Shown piece by piece: positions 62,769 to 64,000 of a stretch of 64,000 nt of DNA. The stretch comes from Octopus bimaculoides (taxonomy: Eukaryota), in assembly GCF_001194135.2 (NCBI RefSeq), contig NC_068985.1:118885975-118949974 (forward strand), given 5' to 3'. Every line of letters starts with the position of its first letter. Positions within the stretch are counted from its first letter, which is position 1. A program made the position numbers and the translations under genes. Under the pieces are notes generated by a model. The model had not been told where the DNA came from. It was given only the letters and a program-made list of their open reading frames with translations, and made no database searches.

Positions 62769-63787
62769 CCTGAAACTAGTATGATGTGTTGCATGCAAAG
62801 CTCTTCTTCTGTTCCCTTCTGTGTTTCACTTTCTCTAAAGCCCACGCAAGTCATATTACCCAACCATTCTCCATGGGATTGCACTTCTGTGGAACTTTTT
62901 CCTACCTATATTTTTCTTACAAATATAGACCAAGAGAAGTTCAAACTGAAAATCAACCACATTGACCTCACCAGCATGAGAGGGTTATAAAAGGTCACAG
63001 GCAACCACTCTCTTCTCAAACTAAATAACAAAGCACAATCATTAGTGCTCCTACTGATTACAGCAATTAACAGTAACTTCATATGGATTCTATTCAGAGC
63101 TAAGTGCACAATCAATAAGTGATAGTATCTACCTGACACAATAACAAAGTGCTAGAAATGAGAAATAAGTTGTACTGACTGCAGCACTGCTTGTGAGAAA
63201 ATTTTGCAGCAATAATAGATTAGCATCTTAACCAGGGCAAAATTTGATTCTCTTCTGTTTCAACACATAAAACCAGAGCTGAGAACTAGCCGTCGAGAAC
63301 GACAAAGAAACTGAAGAGATGCGTATATCACATTATATATGTTTATTACATTCTAATATGAGGCATCAAAGAACTTTCTACAGAGTTTGTTTTATTTCTT
63401 GGTCAAATGTAAAGGTTAATGTCATATATTGCATAAGGAGTAGCATATGGAAAAGTCAATTGAATAATCTTAACAAAGCTTCAATTTACTGACTTCTTTG
63501 CTGAGGGTCTGTTTTAAGTAAAGATGACCGATTTTACTCATCAGCACAGACAGGAAAAAAAAAAAAAAATTCACACAAAAAATTGAAAAGTAAATAATGC
63601 TACGCAGTTAAAAGCAACAAGCAACAAGCAGGTAAAATTTATTAAGCTTCTGGGGCTTTTGTGGATAGCAATTCAAGTATAAGAGAAAATCTGTCAGTCT
63701 GCCTGTCTGTCTGTGTTTGTCCCTATCTATCTATCTACATATATATATACATCTATCTATCTATCTATCTATATATATATATATATA

Positions 63788-64000
63788 TCATCATCATCAT
63801 CATCATCATCGTTTAACGTCCGCTTTCCATGCTAGCATGGGTTGGACGATTTGACTGAGGACTGGTGAAACCGGATGGCAACACCAGGCTCCAGTCTGAT
63901 TTGGCAGAGTTTCTACAGCTGGATGCCCTTCCTAACGCCAACCACTCAGAGAGTGTAGTGGGTGCTTTTACGTGTCACCCGCACGAAAACGGCCACGCTC
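63788..64000 (-). mobile_element. Family C copy, young subfamily, running off the window end
   Basis: (CAT)n-CGTTTAACGTCCGCTTTCCATGCTAGCATGGGTTGGACG... Confidence 0.85.

Noticed and set aside
62277-62990. 237-aa + strand ORF
   Set aside because: It crosses a (CA)n tract and has no recognisable domain. The opposite strand weakly resembles a very decayed RTE C-terminus, but not enough to call.
63500-63550. Minus-strand CTGATGA-GTAAA..TTTAC stem
   Set aside because: It is followed by TTAAAAC rather than GAAA, and has no stem I.

Overview
AT-rich, gap-containing eukaryotic genomic DNA. It is almost certainly coleoid cephalopod (octopus-like); this is an inference from the repeat families and the extreme microsatellite load. 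No protein-coding gene could be supported: the long ORFs in the track are microsatellite or gap read-throughs, or antisense to decayed transposons. The window is a mosaic of: (1) at least four tRNA-headed SINE types; (2) many 3' ends of an RTE-clade LINE; (3) decayed coding relics of a DD37D (maT) transposase, a DD34D mariner transposase, RTE endonuclease/RT/C-terminus and an L1/Tx1 endonuclease; (4) hAT, piggyBac-type, Tc1/mariner and Helitron/Helentron non-autonomous elements; (5) a short solo LTR; (6) mini- and microsatellites. The most notable signal is about eight type I hammerhead ribozyme (HHR) motifs in 64 kb, from at least three unrelated sequence families, each with a self-complementary stem III (ACGT, ACAGCTGT, ACATATGT). 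One at 19174-19314 looks fully intact with an extended stem I, and one family carries a non-canonical CUGU(U/G)GA core. A G.U-rich 106-nt hairpin at 14502-14607 is a pre-miRNA candidate. Repeat boundaries were placed by eye and are approximate unless a TSD or TIR is quoted.
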